The position numbers were made by a program, and so were the translations under genes. Positions 23,933 through 33,612 of a stretch of 37,571 bases of DNA are shown here, piece after piece. Numbering within the stretch: position 1 is the first letter of the stretch; every line of letters starts with the position of its first letter. Below the pieces are notes generated by a model. It ran no database searches. It saw only the letters and a list, made by a program, of their open reading frames with translations, and was not told the origin of the DNA. Source of the stretch: a virus (Duplodnaviria > Caudoviricetes). The DNA lies in the IMG/VR virus record IMGVR_UViG_3300028588_000006, positions 1-37,571 of that record. The stretch is one strand, 5' to 3'.

Positions 23933-25365
23933 TATTGGCCTCCGTATCGTTTCAGCAGGTCATCGACGCTGTTGCCCTCGTAGGGCGTGGTGTCGAAGTA
24001 ATCGGCGATGCCGGCGGTAGCCGGGTTGCTTTTCGCCTTGTTGACCTTGCGCTGGTGCGAAGCCAGGGTGTGCTGGGAAGCCCGGCGGCTTGCCTCGGCG
24101 ATGATCTTCAATTCGGCTGGCGTCAGGCTGTCGATGTCGCCGGAGGTAGCCTTCTCGGCCAGCTTGCTTTCCGACTCGGTGATCGCACCCTGTCCGGACA
24201 TCTGCTTGCGGCCCTGCAGCGTCATCTCGGCCATGCCGCGCACCACCTGGCGCGTATTGGCGATGCGCTCGGCGTCGTCCTTGCCGCCAATGCCCAGCAT
24301 CTGGCCGTACTGCGCCATCGCCAGGCGCTTCGAGGCCAGCGGCCCGGCCAGCACCTTGTTGGAGTTCAGGGCGGACAGCACGCGGTCGGCAGCATCGATC
24401 TGCGCCACCGCGCCGTCGGCTGCGGTTGCCGACTCACGCAGCATCGGGCCGACCTGGTTGGCGATGCTCTCGGCCGCTTTCACCTCGGTCTTGGTCGTGA
24501 TGTTGGTCGCGCCGGCCCGCGCCTTGCGCATCTGGTATTCCTGGTATGCGGGGTTCGCGGCTACCTTGCCATCAGGGCCCACCAGGAAGGGCTGGTTCGG
24601 ATCCTGCGGCCCGACGGCGCCGTTCTGCTGCTGGTACGGGTTCTGCCAGACGCCGTTGACGTTTTCGAGCTTGTCGCGCGCCTTGACGCCGTCCAGCACC
24701 TTGCGATTGCCGCGGTTATCCAGAACGAAGCCCTGGCCCTGCTGGTCGTACTGCGGCGTGGTCGAGAACTCGGCCGGCTTGCTCAGCTCCTGGATCAGCT
24801 TGCCGCCCAGCTCGGGATTCGTCTGGTAGGTGGCCAGCGCGCGCACCCAGCGCGCCTTGGTCTCGGGATCGAGCGCCGGCGCCGCTGCTGGTGCGGGTGC
24901 TTGAGCAGCACCAGCCTGCGGATCCTGCTGTCCAGGTACCGACATCTGCGGTTGGCCGCCCAGCTCTTGCGGCGGCGCGGCCGGCGCCGGCATCGATGCA
25001 GGGCCTGGCATGGGAGGAGCGCCAGCGCCAGGTGCACCTTGCTCATCAGGGAATACGCCGGCCGGCGCCAGCGCGCGCAGCGCGGCGGCAGAGCGCTGGG
25101 CCACGGTGTTGCCGATCTCCGTCTGCTTCGCATCGGTGTCCTTGTCGAGCTTGTTGGCCATGAAGGCCTTGGCCAGCTGCGCCACGCCGAGCAGGGGGCT
25201 GTTCTTGACCGCCACGCCGCTGACGACCTGCGTCCCCTGAGGCGTGAGCGATTGCTGACGTAGCACCTCGGCCAGCTTCTGCTGGCGTTGGAGTTGCAGC
25301 TGCTGCGCCTGCAGGTCCGCGTTGGACTGGCCAGGGCCGAAGGAAATGGTGTTGATGTTAGGCAT
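23932..25365 (-). CDS. Internal virion / DNA ejection protein
   Basis: Gln/Ala/Pro-rich; GAITESE motif near the C-terminus; position in the module. Confidence 0.7.
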   Translation of the reverse strand: MPNINTISFGPGQSNADLQAQQLQLQRQQKLAEVLRQQSLTPQGTQVVSGVAVKNSPLLGVAQLAKAFMANKLDKDTDAKQTEIGNTVAQRSAAALRALAPAGVFPDEQGAPGAGAPPMPGPASMPAPAAPPQELGGQPQMSVPGQQDPQAGAAQAPAPAAAPALDPETKARWVRALATYQTNPELGGKLIQELSKPAEFSTTPQYDQQGQGFVLDNRGNRKVLDGVKARDKLENVNGVWQNPYQQQNGAVGPQDPNQPFLVGPDGKVAANPAYQEYQMRKARAGATNITTKTEVKAAESIANQVGPMLRESATAADGAVAQIDAADRVLSALNSNKVLAGPLASKRLAMAQYGQMLGIGGKDDAERIANTRQVVRGMAEMTLQGRKQMSGQGAITESESKLAEKATSGDIDSLTPAELKIIAEASRRASQHTLASHQRKVNKAKSNPATAGIADYFDTTPYEGNSVDDLLKRYGGQ

Positions 25366-26626
25366 TCAGGGCTCCATAGCTGACCATTGCGTAGCCGCTC
25401 GGGTGATGGCGCAGCACCGCCTCCGGGCGGACCTGCTCGACCTCGTCGGCCATCACGCCGATGCTCGGCTCGCCCCAGATGTAGTCGTAGCTGTAAAGGG
25501 GGATGCCGATCGCGTGCATGCCGATCTGGCGAATGTTGGTTTTCAGGCGGCGGTCCGACATGAGCGCGGCGCTGCCGAGACTGAACAGGCCGCTGGTCAG
25601 CGCGTTGTTCCCGGCCACGCCCGCGTTGTACTGCGCCAGCTGGCCCTGGTACTGCTGGCCATACAGGCTGGCGATGTCGGTCGGATTCACGCTGCCCTGC
25701 GGCGTGCTGCCGAACTGGGGCGAGTTGACCTGCGAGCCGGAGCGCAGCGCATTCAGTTCGTTCAGGGGCTGCTGACGCAGATAGTTCTGCTCGTTGATGT
25801 ACTGGGAGCGACCTTGGTTCTGCAGGTTCGCATTCGTTACGTCGTTGCTGAAGGCCTGCCCTTGCGCGGCATTGTTCAGCTGGGCATTTGCGACCGACTG
25901 CCCGAATCCTTGCTGTTGTGCGTCATTGTGGAATTTGCCGTTGCTCAGCGCCTGGCTGTAGAGCTGGTTCTGGGCCGCCAAGCCGGTGGCGTAGGAATTG
26001 TTGAAGGCGTTGTTGTAGTCGAAAGTGCGCTGCTGGCCGAGGTTCTGGGTAGCCTTGTCCCATGCCTCGGTCCCCTGCAACACACCCTGCTGGATCAGCT
26101 TGTTTTCCAGGTCGGACTGGTCCTGCTTGTACTTCGGGTCCAGGTACTGAGCCTGTTGGTTGTAGGCTGCCTTCTGGGCATCCTGGAAGGTCTGGTACAG
26201 GTTGGCACCTCCCAGATCGACGTCGTTCTGAATCGTGCCGTAGCCGGCCGTGTTTTGCAGTTGTCGAGTGGGCACGCCGTTCACCTGCGCCGGCGCGCCG
26301 CTGTAGTTGAACGGTTTGCCCAGCGTGTCGCTCACGGCGCCCAGCTGCTTCTCGCCAAGGTTCGCCAAGTTCTGGCTGATGCGGTCGCTCGAATCCGACA
26401 GCGCCTGCTGTGCGGGCGACAGGGTGACGTTCGAAGTCCACTGGCTGATGCCGTCCGGACCAGCCGGGCCGGACGTCCAGGTCTGCGACCCCCACGGCGT
26501 GTTCTGGTTCGAATGGTTCAGCGTCGCCTGGGCGTTGGCCGCGGCTATGTTCTGTTGCGTTTGCGCGGCAGCCGTCGCTACCGGATCCGGCGCGGCTGGC
26601 GCGGCCGGTGCGCTTTTCTTACCCAT
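25358..26626 (-). CDS. Ejection/pilot protein with C-terminal peptidase S74 autochaperone
   Basis: MGKKSAPAAPAAPDP start; Gln/Asn-rich body; SDRRLKTNI...GVMADEV...P.AV...V.YG. Confidence 0.82.
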   Translation of the reverse strand: MGKKSAPAAPAAPDPVATAAAQTQQNIAAANAQATLNHSNQNTPWGSQTWTSGPAGPDGISQWTSNVTLSPAQQALSDSSDRISQNLANLGEKQLGAVSDTLGKPFNYSGAPAQVNGVPTRQLQNTAGYGTIQNDVDLGGANLYQTFQDAQKAAYNQQAQYLDPKYKQDQSDLENKLIQQGVLQGTEAWDKATQNLGQQRTFDYNNAFNNSYATGLAAQNQLYSQALSNGKFHNDAQQQGFGQSVANAQLNNAAQGQAFSNDVTNANLQNQGRSQYINEQNYLRQQPLNELNALRSGSQVNSPQFGSTPQGSVNPTDIASLYGQQYQGQLAQYNAGVAGNNALTSGLFSLGSAALMSDRRLKTNIRQIGMHAIGIPLYSYDYIWGEPSIGVMADEVEQVRPEAVLRHHPSGYAMVSYGALNA

Positions 26627-27041
26627 GTTGGAGCTCCTTTATCCATTTGCATTCTTCGACCAACATGCCGTAGAGCACGCAGTCGCCTTCTTCAAAGCCG
26701 CGGCGTATCACGCCCTCCTGCACGAACCCGAGCCGCTCCAGGAACTGGCGCGTGTGCTTGGCATCGATCCCGGTATAGGCGCTGACGCGGTCGCATTTCA
26801 GGTGCACAAACGGGTAGGCGAAAAGCGCGCGCAGCACTCCCTTATCGAGCCATCGCATTGATGTCGATGCACACGACATCTGAATGTCGTTGCCGCGGTA
26901 TTCGTGGTAGACGACGCCGCCGACCGGCACGCCAGCGCGCTCGATGCCGATGGCGCGCATGTCCTTGAACTCGACCCGCCCAGGGATGCGCGCGGCCACC
27001 CAGGCCGCCACGGTCGAGTCCTCGCCCAGCACCAGCTTCAC
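26619..27041 (-). CDS. GNAT-fold protein of the virion module
   Basis: GTG start overlapping the upstream stop; FAYPF..LKC.RV...LERLGFVQEG...YGML..EC. Confidence 0.85.
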   Translation of the reverse strand: MKLVLGEDSTVAAWVAARIPGRVEFKDMRAIGIERAGVPVGGVVYHEYRGNDIQMSCASTSMRWLDKGVLRALFAYPFVHLKCDRVSAYTGIDAKHTRQFLERLGFVQEGVIRRGFEEGDCVLYGMLVEECKWIKELQHG

Positions 27042-29077
27042 AGCACACCGCCCATGCGGTAGACGTACTGCACCGCCTGCCACTGCAGGCTGGTCTTGTT
27101 GTTCACCGCGCGCATGTGGAATGCCGCCGCATCGCCGACGCCGCTAGCACCCTGCCAGTCCTTCTGCACACCCGACCCGCTGGCCCAGGGGAACGAGTTC
27201 CACGGCGCGGTGTTCCACAGCGTGCCGGTGTTGCCGGCATAGCTCGGCATCGAGGTCGGGTAGGTGTCGCGGAAGTCCATATCGATGGACATGGCGATCT
27301 CCATATCGCCAGTCGTGCGCAGCAGTGGCCGGGCCAGGGTGACCTGCTTCTGCATGCCGGGCGCGCCGAAATAGTGAAATGCCGTCTTGGCTTCGCCGAA
27401 GATGAAGGCGCCGTTGTCTGCGAAGCCGACATCGCATCGCGCAACGAAGGCGCTGTTGGCGACCTTGCCCAGGTTGCTGCCGAAGAATAGGTCGCTCTTG
27501 AGCAGGCCAAATACGTTGGCGTTCCAGCCGGTGAAGCGGCACCAGGCCCCGGTGATGGTGTTCATGACGTACTGGTACTGCAGCCGGCCCTCGACCTGGG
27601 GCACGTTCACCAGCAGCTTCTTGCCGGCAGGGCTCAGGATCGGCTGCCAGCCGAAGGCTGCGCCATATGCGCGCACGTCGTTCGAGACCAGGCTCTCGAT
27701 TTTGTCGCTGATGGTGGCCTGCAACTGCGAACGGTCGGTTAGCAGGGCTTTCGACAGCGGCGTAAATCCGTCTTCGGTGAGCACAATCAGGTCGGAGCCG
27801 GAGCGCTCATAGCAGCGGCGCCCGACCGGGCGGCCCATGCGGAAGCGGCCGTTCTTCTGCCAGGCGGAGGCGCTCGAGGGATCGGTGCCGCTGTACACGA
27901 CCACCTCGCCCTCGGACGAAATGAAGACCGCATACTCGACCATGCCGGTGGCGTCGTCGATGGTCCAGGTGGCCATCGCGACCAGGTAGCCGCCCAGCAG
28001 GAACAGCGGCGCCAGGTCGAACGAGACGGCCGCGCCCCCGATCGTGTTGACCGGCAGGTACCAGAACCGGCAGCTCTCCTTTTCGATGAAGAACAGGCGG
28101 TTGGCGTACATGTTGATGTGCACCAGCTTGCGCGGGTCGACGCCGGTAATGGTCGGGGCGACGACATAGGTTCCGACCGTCGTGGCGTTAGCGCCCGGCG
28201 CCGCGCCCGCGGTGTAGGTGAAGCTGTTCACCGGCGCGGTGTACGTGCCGACCACGCTGGCGTTCGCGCCCGGGGCGCTGGCCATCGTGTAGGTGAAGGT
28301 GGTCGGCCCGGTCACCGTGATGTTGAAGGTGCCGTTGAAGGCGGCCGGGGTGGCGCCGGCGACGGTGACCAGCGCGCCAGTCGACAGGCCATGCGCGGCT
28401 GCCGTGGTCAGGGTAGCGGTGGTGCCGCTCTGGGTAATCGTGCTGATGGTCTGCGGCGTCACCTGGGCCGGCACGGCCACCTGGTAGTTGCCGTTGTAGG
28501 CCGCCGGCACCGCGCCGACGACGGTCACCCAGTTGCCGGTCAACAGGCCGTGCGCAGCGGTGGTATAGACCGTTGCCGTGGTGCCGCTCTGGGTGATGCT
28601 GTTGATGGCCTGGGCGGCGACCGAGGCATAGCCCTTCCAGGAAGTGCCGTCGAAGGATTGCGGGTAGTCGGCGCCGTTCACGCACACCAGGAACTGGCCG
28701 CCGGGCGTGCCCATGTTGGCGTGCTGCCAGCGTGCATTGGTCAGGCCGGTCACAGCCGGTGCGCCGACAGCGCCCTTGGCGGTGGCGTCGTAGAAGGCGG
28801 TGGCGCAGGCGGCGAACAGCTTCGACAGGGTCGGGCCGTTGTAGGTCATGAGCGACTCGACCGCGGCCGGGTAGCCGCTCGACCACACTTCGTAGCCGTT
28901 GCGCAGGTCGACGCTGGTGGTGCCAGGGAAGAAGTTATCGAGGATCACGGCGTCGTTCGGCGGCATCGCCGCCAGCGCATCGCGCGCGTTCAGGCCGCCG
29001 GTGGGGGCCGGCATGGTGAGCGGGCGCGCCAGCGGCGGGGTTTTCGGTTTCTGGCGAGGGCGGCGCAGCATCGTCAA
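27038..29077 (-). CDS. Tail nozzle/hub (P22 gp10 / T7 gp12-like) with inserted beta domains
   Basis: PAPTGGLNARD N-terminus, NRLFF, beta-propeller-like composition; position in the module. Confidence 0.75.
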   Translation of the reverse strand: MTMLRRPRQKPKTPPLARPLTMPAPTGGLNARDALAAMPPNDAVILDNFFPGTTSVDLRNGYEVWSSGYPAAVESLMTYNGPTLSKLFAACATAFYDATAKGAVGAPAVTGLTNARWQHANMGTPGGQFLVCVNGADYPQSFDGTSWKGYASVAAQAINSITQSGTTATVYTTAAHGLLTGNWVTVVGAVPAAYNGNYQVAVPAQVTPQTISTITQSGTTATLTTAAAHGLSTGALVTVAGATPAAFNGTFNITVTGPTTFTYTMASAPGANASVVGTYTAPVNSFTYTAGAAPGANATTVGTYVVAPTITGVDPRKLVHINMYANRLFFIEKESCRFWYLPVNTIGGAAVSFDLAPLFLLGGYLVAMATWTIDDATGMVEYAVFISSEGEVVVYSGTDPSSASAWQKNGRFRMGRPVGRRCYERSGSDLIVLTEDGFTPLSKALLTDRSQLQATISDKIESLVSNDVRAYGAAFGWQPILSPAGKKLLVNVPQVEGRLQYQYVMNTITGAWCRFTGWNANVFGLLKSDLFFGSNLGKVANSAFVARCDVGFADNGAFIFGEAKTAFHYFGAPGMQKQVTLARPLLRTTGDMEIAMSIDMDFRDTYPTSMPSYAGNTGTLWNTAPWNSFPWASGSGVQKDWQGASGVGDAAAFHMRAVNNKTSLQWQAVQYVYRMGGVL

Positions 29078-29976
29078 TTCCCGAAGTTGCCGAAGCCGCT
29101 GTCCGGGATGTTGTCCCAGCCGATCAGCGTGTTCAGGCGGCTCGGGCGCATGCTCAGCGTCGCAGCGCCATTGCTGTTACCCGTGGCGATGGTCAGCAGG
29201 CGGTTGTACTGGTCGACGAAGTCGGAACCGAGGCCCTTGGCTTGCTGGTAGCGCATCTTCAGGCCGGTGATCATCAGCCGGTCAGGGAAAACGCAGGTGT
29301 CCGTGTCCTTCAGGAAGGCGGATTGCGGCGCGCCGCCGGCGCCCAGTGCCCAGCCATTGCCGATGTATTCGAAGCCCATGCGGTGCGCGCTGGCGATCGG
29401 GGGCCAGGTCTGGAAATACGAACCCATGATGCGCCAGCGGATGCGCGGCCCGGTCGAGATCCAGCCAGACTTGAGCCATTCCCATTGCTGCGCGGTCTCC
29501 GGGCCAAGCATTTCCCAGCGCTGGGTCTTGTCCCAGTGGGTGCGGTCCTGCATGCGGTCGTAGTCGACCGGCATGGCGTATTTGGTCTTACAGAAGTTCA
29601 GGGTGACGGTGCCGCTGCTGATGGCCGGCGTGTCCAGCGTCACCTGGGTGGCGGAATCGACCGACTGCACGTAGACGTCGTCGTCGACGCCCACGCCCAG
29701 CACCTGGTAAGTGGAGTCGAGGCCGGTAGTGGCGCTCAGGCCGGTCACCACCGGGCTGTTCGCCGTGGTGGTGCCCGTGACCGTCAGGAACTGGGTGCTG
29801 AAGCGGTACGGCTTGCTCAGCGCCTGCCAGATGTAGTCCTGCTGCAGATCACCGCCGAGGCCGTTGAGCAGCGCCAGCAGCTGGATGGTGTCGTCGTTCT
29901 TGACGCCGACCACCAGCGAGGGCTGGGGGATTCCCAGCTCACCGGCAGCGGCCTGGATGATCTGCAGCATGTTCAT
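29074..29976 (-). CDS. Head-tail adaptor (tail tubular A-like)
   Basis: MLQIIQAAAGELG...LLALLN...W..L helical start; YAMPVDYDR; position in the module. Confidence 0.7.
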   Translation of the reverse strand: MNMLQIIQAAAGELGIPQPSLVVGVKNDDTIQLLALLNGLGGDLQQDYIWQALSKPYRFSTQFLTVTGTTTANSPVVTGLSATTGLDSTYQVLGVGVDDDVYVQSVDSATQVTLDTPAISSGTVTLNFCKTKYAMPVDYDRMQDRTHWDKTQRWEMLGPETAQQWEWLKSGWISTGPRIRWRIMGSYFQTWPPIASAHRMGFEYIGNGWALGAGGAPQSAFLKDTDTCVFPDRLMITGLKMRYQQAKGLGSDFVDQYNRLLTIATGNSNGAATLSMRPSRLNTLIGWDNIPDSGFGNFGN

Positions 29977-29979
29977 GGA

Positions 29980-30684
29980 TCAGGCTCCTTTGGTGCGGCG
30001 GGTCGTCGCCGCAGTGGTTTCGACGGCATGCTCGGCCGGATTGGCGCTTGCCAGGGCGGCGAGCGGGTCGACGGCGGGCGCCGCGCTGGTTGCAGCGGCC
30101 AGCGCATCCATGCGCGTCATCATTTCGGCCATCTGCTGCTTCAGCGTGGCGTTCTCGGCATTGACCTCGGCCAGGGCGGCGGCGGTCTTCGACTCGGCGG
30201 CCTCGTCGGTGGCGATGCGCAGGAACGAGCGTGCGGCGTCGCGGAAGGCGTGCGGCGACATGCCGGCGATCATGCCGATGGCCTGGATCTGGTAGTCGCT
30301 GGCGTTGGCGATGTCCTCGACCGCCAGGAATTTCACGGCGCGTAGCTCCTCGGCCTGTGCCGGCGTCAGGCGCGGCCACTGGTCGATCGGGGTCTTGCCG
30401 GCCAGGCGCTGATCGCCGGCCAGCTTGTTCTGGTAGTGCGCCCACTGGCGCGGGAAGCGCTGCTTGTGGTCTTCGCGCACGAAGGTGTCGATGATGTTCT
30501 TGTCGTCGCCCGGCAGGAAGATCTTGACCATGTCGGCGTCGAAGAAGATGGGGCGGGCTTTCTGCTCGCTCTGGAACTCGTCCTTCATCGGCTTCGAGTA
30601 GAAGAGGACGGACAGGGCGGCGTCGGGGTCGCTGCGGCCCACGTAGTCGGGGTTGGCGACGTCGGATGCGATCATTTGGGACAT
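29980..30684 (-). CDS. Conserved-type hypothetical phage protein
   Basis: AAGGAG RBS; HKQRFPRQW..Y, GKTPIDQWP, VEDIANASD. Confidence 0.8.
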   Translation of the reverse strand: MSQMIASDVANPDYVGRSDPDAALSVLFYSKPMKDEFQSEQKARPIFFDADMVKIFLPGDDKNIIDTFVREDHKQRFPRQWAHYQNKLAGDQRLAGKTPIDQWPRLTPAQAEELRAVKFLAVEDIANASDYQIQAIGMIAGMSPHAFRDAARSFLRIATDEAAESKTAAALAEVNAENATLKQQMAEMMTRMDALAAATSAAPAVDPLAALASANPAEHAVETTAATTRRTKGA

Positions 30685-30721
30685 GTGGTGCTCCTTGAAG
30701 TAGTTCAGGTGTGCGATCGAG

Positions 30722-30748
30722 AAAATGCCGAGGGCCGAGGCCCCCGGC
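30722..30748 (-). terminator. Terminator after the capsid genes
   Basis: GC-rich stem followed by ATTTT on the - strand. Confidence 0.55.
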
Positions 30749-30756
30749 GCGGGGTG

Positions 30757-31047
30757 TTACACGGATGCCTTCGAGAACCAGGCGTAATCGCCGGTAGCCA
30801 TGGCGGTGGCCGGCGACAGGTAGCCGCCGCCGGTGGCGGTCGCCTGGAAGGTGGTGGCGTTCACGCTGCACACGGCGGTCGACGCGGCGATGGCGCCGCC
30901 GGCCTGCGCGAACACGTACAGGCGACCGTCGTCACCCCAGACCTGCTTGCCGATCTTGTGCGGAACGGCGCGGCCGCTGGCGATATCGCTGGCCGGGACG
31001 GTGTTGACCAGGTCGATGCCCAGTTGCGGATTAGTGGAAAACGGCAT
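30757..31047 (-). CDS. Probable capsid decoration protein
   Basis: 96 aa directly after the major capsid gene; DDGRLYVFAQA...GDYAWF. Confidence 0.65.
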   Translation of the reverse strand: MPFSTNPQLGIDLVNTVPASDIASGRAVPHKIGKQVWGDDGRLYVFAQAGGAIAASTAVCSVNATTFQATATGGGYLSPATAMATGDYAWFSKASV

Positions 31048-31104
31048 TTGATGCTCCTATTTCGGTGGTGGGAGGTGGCCCCCGCTCGCGCGGGGACCGT
31101 TCGA

Positions 31105-32103
31105 TCAGGCTTTCAGCACGCCTTGGAACTGCGAGCCACGCACCGTCAGGTTGCCGGCCCAGCCGTACAGCTTGACGATGGCGTCCTGGTTGACGGCCTG
31201 GCGCTCGCCGCCGATCGGGACGAAGTTGCGGTCCTTGTGCGGGCGGAACTTGATGTACTTGGTGTTCAGGAAGTACATGCGGTTCGAGGTGGCCATGCCG
31301 ATGCCGCCGTCCAGCACGACGTCGCAGGAGTTGCCGCCGCCGTAGAACTTCAGCTTGGCGAAGCCGGCGCCGGCCTCGCCCGAGCCGTCGCTGGTCACGC
31401 GCTGGATCGCCTGCAGGGCGTTCACGTACAGGGCGAAGTAGTTCGCGTCGGCCACGATCAGGTTGGTCTTGTCCTGGCCGCGGACCAGGCGCAGCGCCAG
31501 CGCGGTCATGTACTGGATGATGTTGGCCTGGGAGACGGCGCCGCCGCCGTTGGTCACGCCCGAGAAGGCCTGCGAGCGCCAGAACGCCCAGGTGGCGCGG
31601 TCGATGCCGCCGTAGGTGCCGGTGTTCGGCACGTCCGGGACAGCTGCGGCCAGGCCGGTGATGTTCTTGCCGGCGTTGCCGGTGCCGTCGCCGTAGATGT
31701 CGGCGGCCAGGCGGTTCAGCAGGCGCGCCTCCGAGATGTCCATGCGCGCGTCGAGCAGATCGATGATCTGTTCCTTGCTGGCGTTCTGGAGCATCTCCAG
31801 GCCCGACATGGTGACCGCGTCGGCGTACTGCTTGATGGAGAACTGGGCACCCGAGACCGGGCTATCCGGGGTGATGTTGATCGCTTCGTAACCCGAATAC
31901 GAGCCGCTGTTGTCGGTCGACGGATCGTTGTACATGATCTCTTCCAGGATCACGTTGCCGCCGCTGAACGACTTGACGTTGTCGCGCTTGCGCAGCTCGG
32001 CCAGAAGGGCGTTGTTGTTGGTGAGGTTGTCCGCCAGCTCGCCGGAGCGCGACTGGATGGTGGTGGCGATGATGTCGGTGATGGTGCTATTTGCGAAAGG
32101 CAT
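31105..32103 (-). CDS. Major capsid protein
   Basis: 332 aa after the scaffold gene; ADN..NNNALL, YSGYE, IYGDGTG, YGGIDR, MYFLNT.Y. Confidence 0.9.
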   Translation of the reverse strand: MPFANSTITDIIATTIQSRSGELADNLTNNNALLAELRKRDNVKSFSGGNVILEEIMYNDPSTDNSGSYSGYEAINITPDSPVSGAQFSIKQYADAVTMSGLEMLQNASKEQIIDLLDARMDISEARLLNRLAADIYGDGTGNAGKNITGLAAAVPDVPNTGTYGGIDRATWAFWRSQAFSGVTNGGGAVSQANIIQYMTALALRLVRGQDKTNLIVADANYFALYVNALQAIQRVTSDGSGEAGAGFAKLKFYGGGNSCDVVLDGGIGMATSNRMYFLNTKYIKFRPHKDRNFVPIGGERQAVNQDAIVKLYGWAGNLTVRGSQFQGVLKA

Positions 32104-32129
32104 GATTGTTTCCTAATGGGGGAGATTTG

Positions 32130-33248
32130 TTACACCCGGCCGGCGTCGGCAGCCTCGAAGGCTTCTGCCAGCGCGCCGCGCCTGTCCTTTGGGGCGCTCG
32201 CACCGGCTGCACCGCTAGGAGTAGCGGAGCGCACCGAGACGGAGGCGCTGCGGGCTTTTGCTACGGCCGCTTGCCTGGCTTGTGCCGAAGCTGCTTGCTG
32301 GGCGGCGGCTTGACGCTGCTGCTCCTGCGCGGCTACGGTTTCATCCAGGCGCACGGCCTTCGCATAGGCCTCGTCGGGGGTTTGGGCCATGCCGGCTTCG
32401 AGTAGTCGAGCCATCGATTCCCGCACCTGATCGAAGTGCGGATACTTGGTCGCATCCGAGAACTTCGAAATTTCTTGCTGTACTGCCTGTTCTTCCTGCT
32501 GCTGGCGCCACGAGGTGACGCCCTGCACGTTTTGCTTCAGATTCTGGATTTCCTGCATCAGCTGCATCGTGGCCGGGTCGACCTGGCCTGCCTGCGCCTG
32601 CTGGATGACGCCCAGCGGCACGTTGTATTCCTGGGCCAGGCGCGTGAACATCTGCACCTTCTGCTCCGGGCTGCCCAGCGCCAGGGTGTGGTGGGCGCGG
32701 CCCAGGTTCTGGATCCACGCGGCTGGCTGCAGGCCGTGCTGCTGCAGGGTGGGCATGAACTCGGCCATGGCCTCGGTCAGATGCTTGGCCTGCTGCGCCT
32801 CGGCCTTGTAGAGCGAGACGCCGGTCGAATACTGGCCTTCGCGCTCCACGTTGTAGGCCGCCAGGCGCTGCGCCTCTTCCAGGGTCAGCGGGGTCCCGGC
32901 TTCCAGCTTCTCCTGGAGTGGGACGAACTCTTTTTTCCAGGTGGTCAGCGCCTTCTTCTGGGCCGCGGTCGGCTGGACGACGCCATCGGCCATCGGCGTC
33001 GGGGTGCCGGCGCCCGCCGGGGCCGGTGCTGGCGCGGCTTCCGGCGCGGCGCCATCCTGCTGCTTCGGGGCGAAGCGACCGGCGTCGTCGCGCGCGCGGT
33101 CAGCAGCTGGCGCGCCGGTGGTCGGCTCGGCGGTCGGGGCGCCGGTCTCGGCGGCCTCCAGGCTGGCCAGCAGCATGTCGCGGCGGCTTTCGGGCTGGTT
33201 GCCCTGGTCCAGGTTGTCGTCGGGCAGGTCGTCGTTCAGTGGTGGCAT
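32130..33248 (-). CDS. Capsid scaffolding protein
   Basis: Acidic, Ala/Gln-rich and helical; RARDDAGRFAPK; lies between portal and capsid genes. Confidence 0.8.
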   Translation of the reverse strand: MPPLNDDLPDDNLDQGNQPESRRDMLLASLEAAETGAPTAEPTTGAPAADRARDDAGRFAPKQQDGAAPEAAPAPAPAGAGTPTPMADGVVQPTAAQKKALTTWKKEFVPLQEKLEAGTPLTLEEAQRLAAYNVEREGQYSTGVSLYKAEAQQAKHLTEAMAEFMPTLQQHGLQPAAWIQNLGRAHHTLALGSPEQKVQMFTRLAQEYNVPLGVIQQAQAGQVDPATMQLMQEIQNLKQNVQGVTSWRQQQEEQAVQQEISKFSDATKYPHFDQVRESMARLLEAGMAQTPDEAYAKAVRLDETVAAQEQQRQAAAQQAASAQARQAAVAKARSASVSVRSATPSGAAGASAPKDRRGALAEAFEAADAGRV

Positions 33249-33285
33249 GGTGGTTCCTCAAGTAGTCGAGTGGTGGTGGTCGGGC

Positions 33286-33612
33286 TTATTTCAGCTTTTC
33301 ATTGGCCACGCGGATAAGCGTGTCCTTGAGGCCGGGCGGCGGCGCCAGCTTCTTGGGCGCCTCCATCTTTTCGTTCCCGACCTCGACCATTCCGTGCTGC
33401 TTGAGGTGGGCGCGGTGATGGCTGCGCGAGGTGATCATTTCGCCGGTGATCTGGCTCTGGTACGGCTGGATGTCGGTGGCGACCATGGCCGCCGTCACGC
33501 GGCGCTGCATCGGCGCGCCGCAGTGGATCGGCAGGTCATCGTTCATCTTCGCGATCGAGCGGTAGACGTCTTCGGTGTGGCCGCATGCGCAGCCCAGGGA
33601 ATAAATCGGCAT
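33286..33612 (-). CDS. FmdB-like zinc-ribbon protein
   Basis: MPIY...CACGH...HCG..M.R; YQS.ITGE.ITSR..HR.HLK. Confidence 0.8.
   Translation of the reverse strand: MPIYSLGCACGHTEDVYRSIAKMNDDLPIHCGAPMQRRVTAAMVATDIQPYQSQITGEMITSRSHHRAHLKQHGMVEVGNEKMEAPKKLAPPPGLKDTLIRVANEKLK

Noticed and set aside
21671-26785. Long + strand ORFs (674, 442 and 487 aa)
   Set aside because: Antisense shadows of the ejection-protein genes.
26619-27041. GNAT as a toxin or resistance gene
   Set aside because: A GNAT-fold gene between nozzle and ejection genes is a routine feature of podovirus morphogenesis modules.
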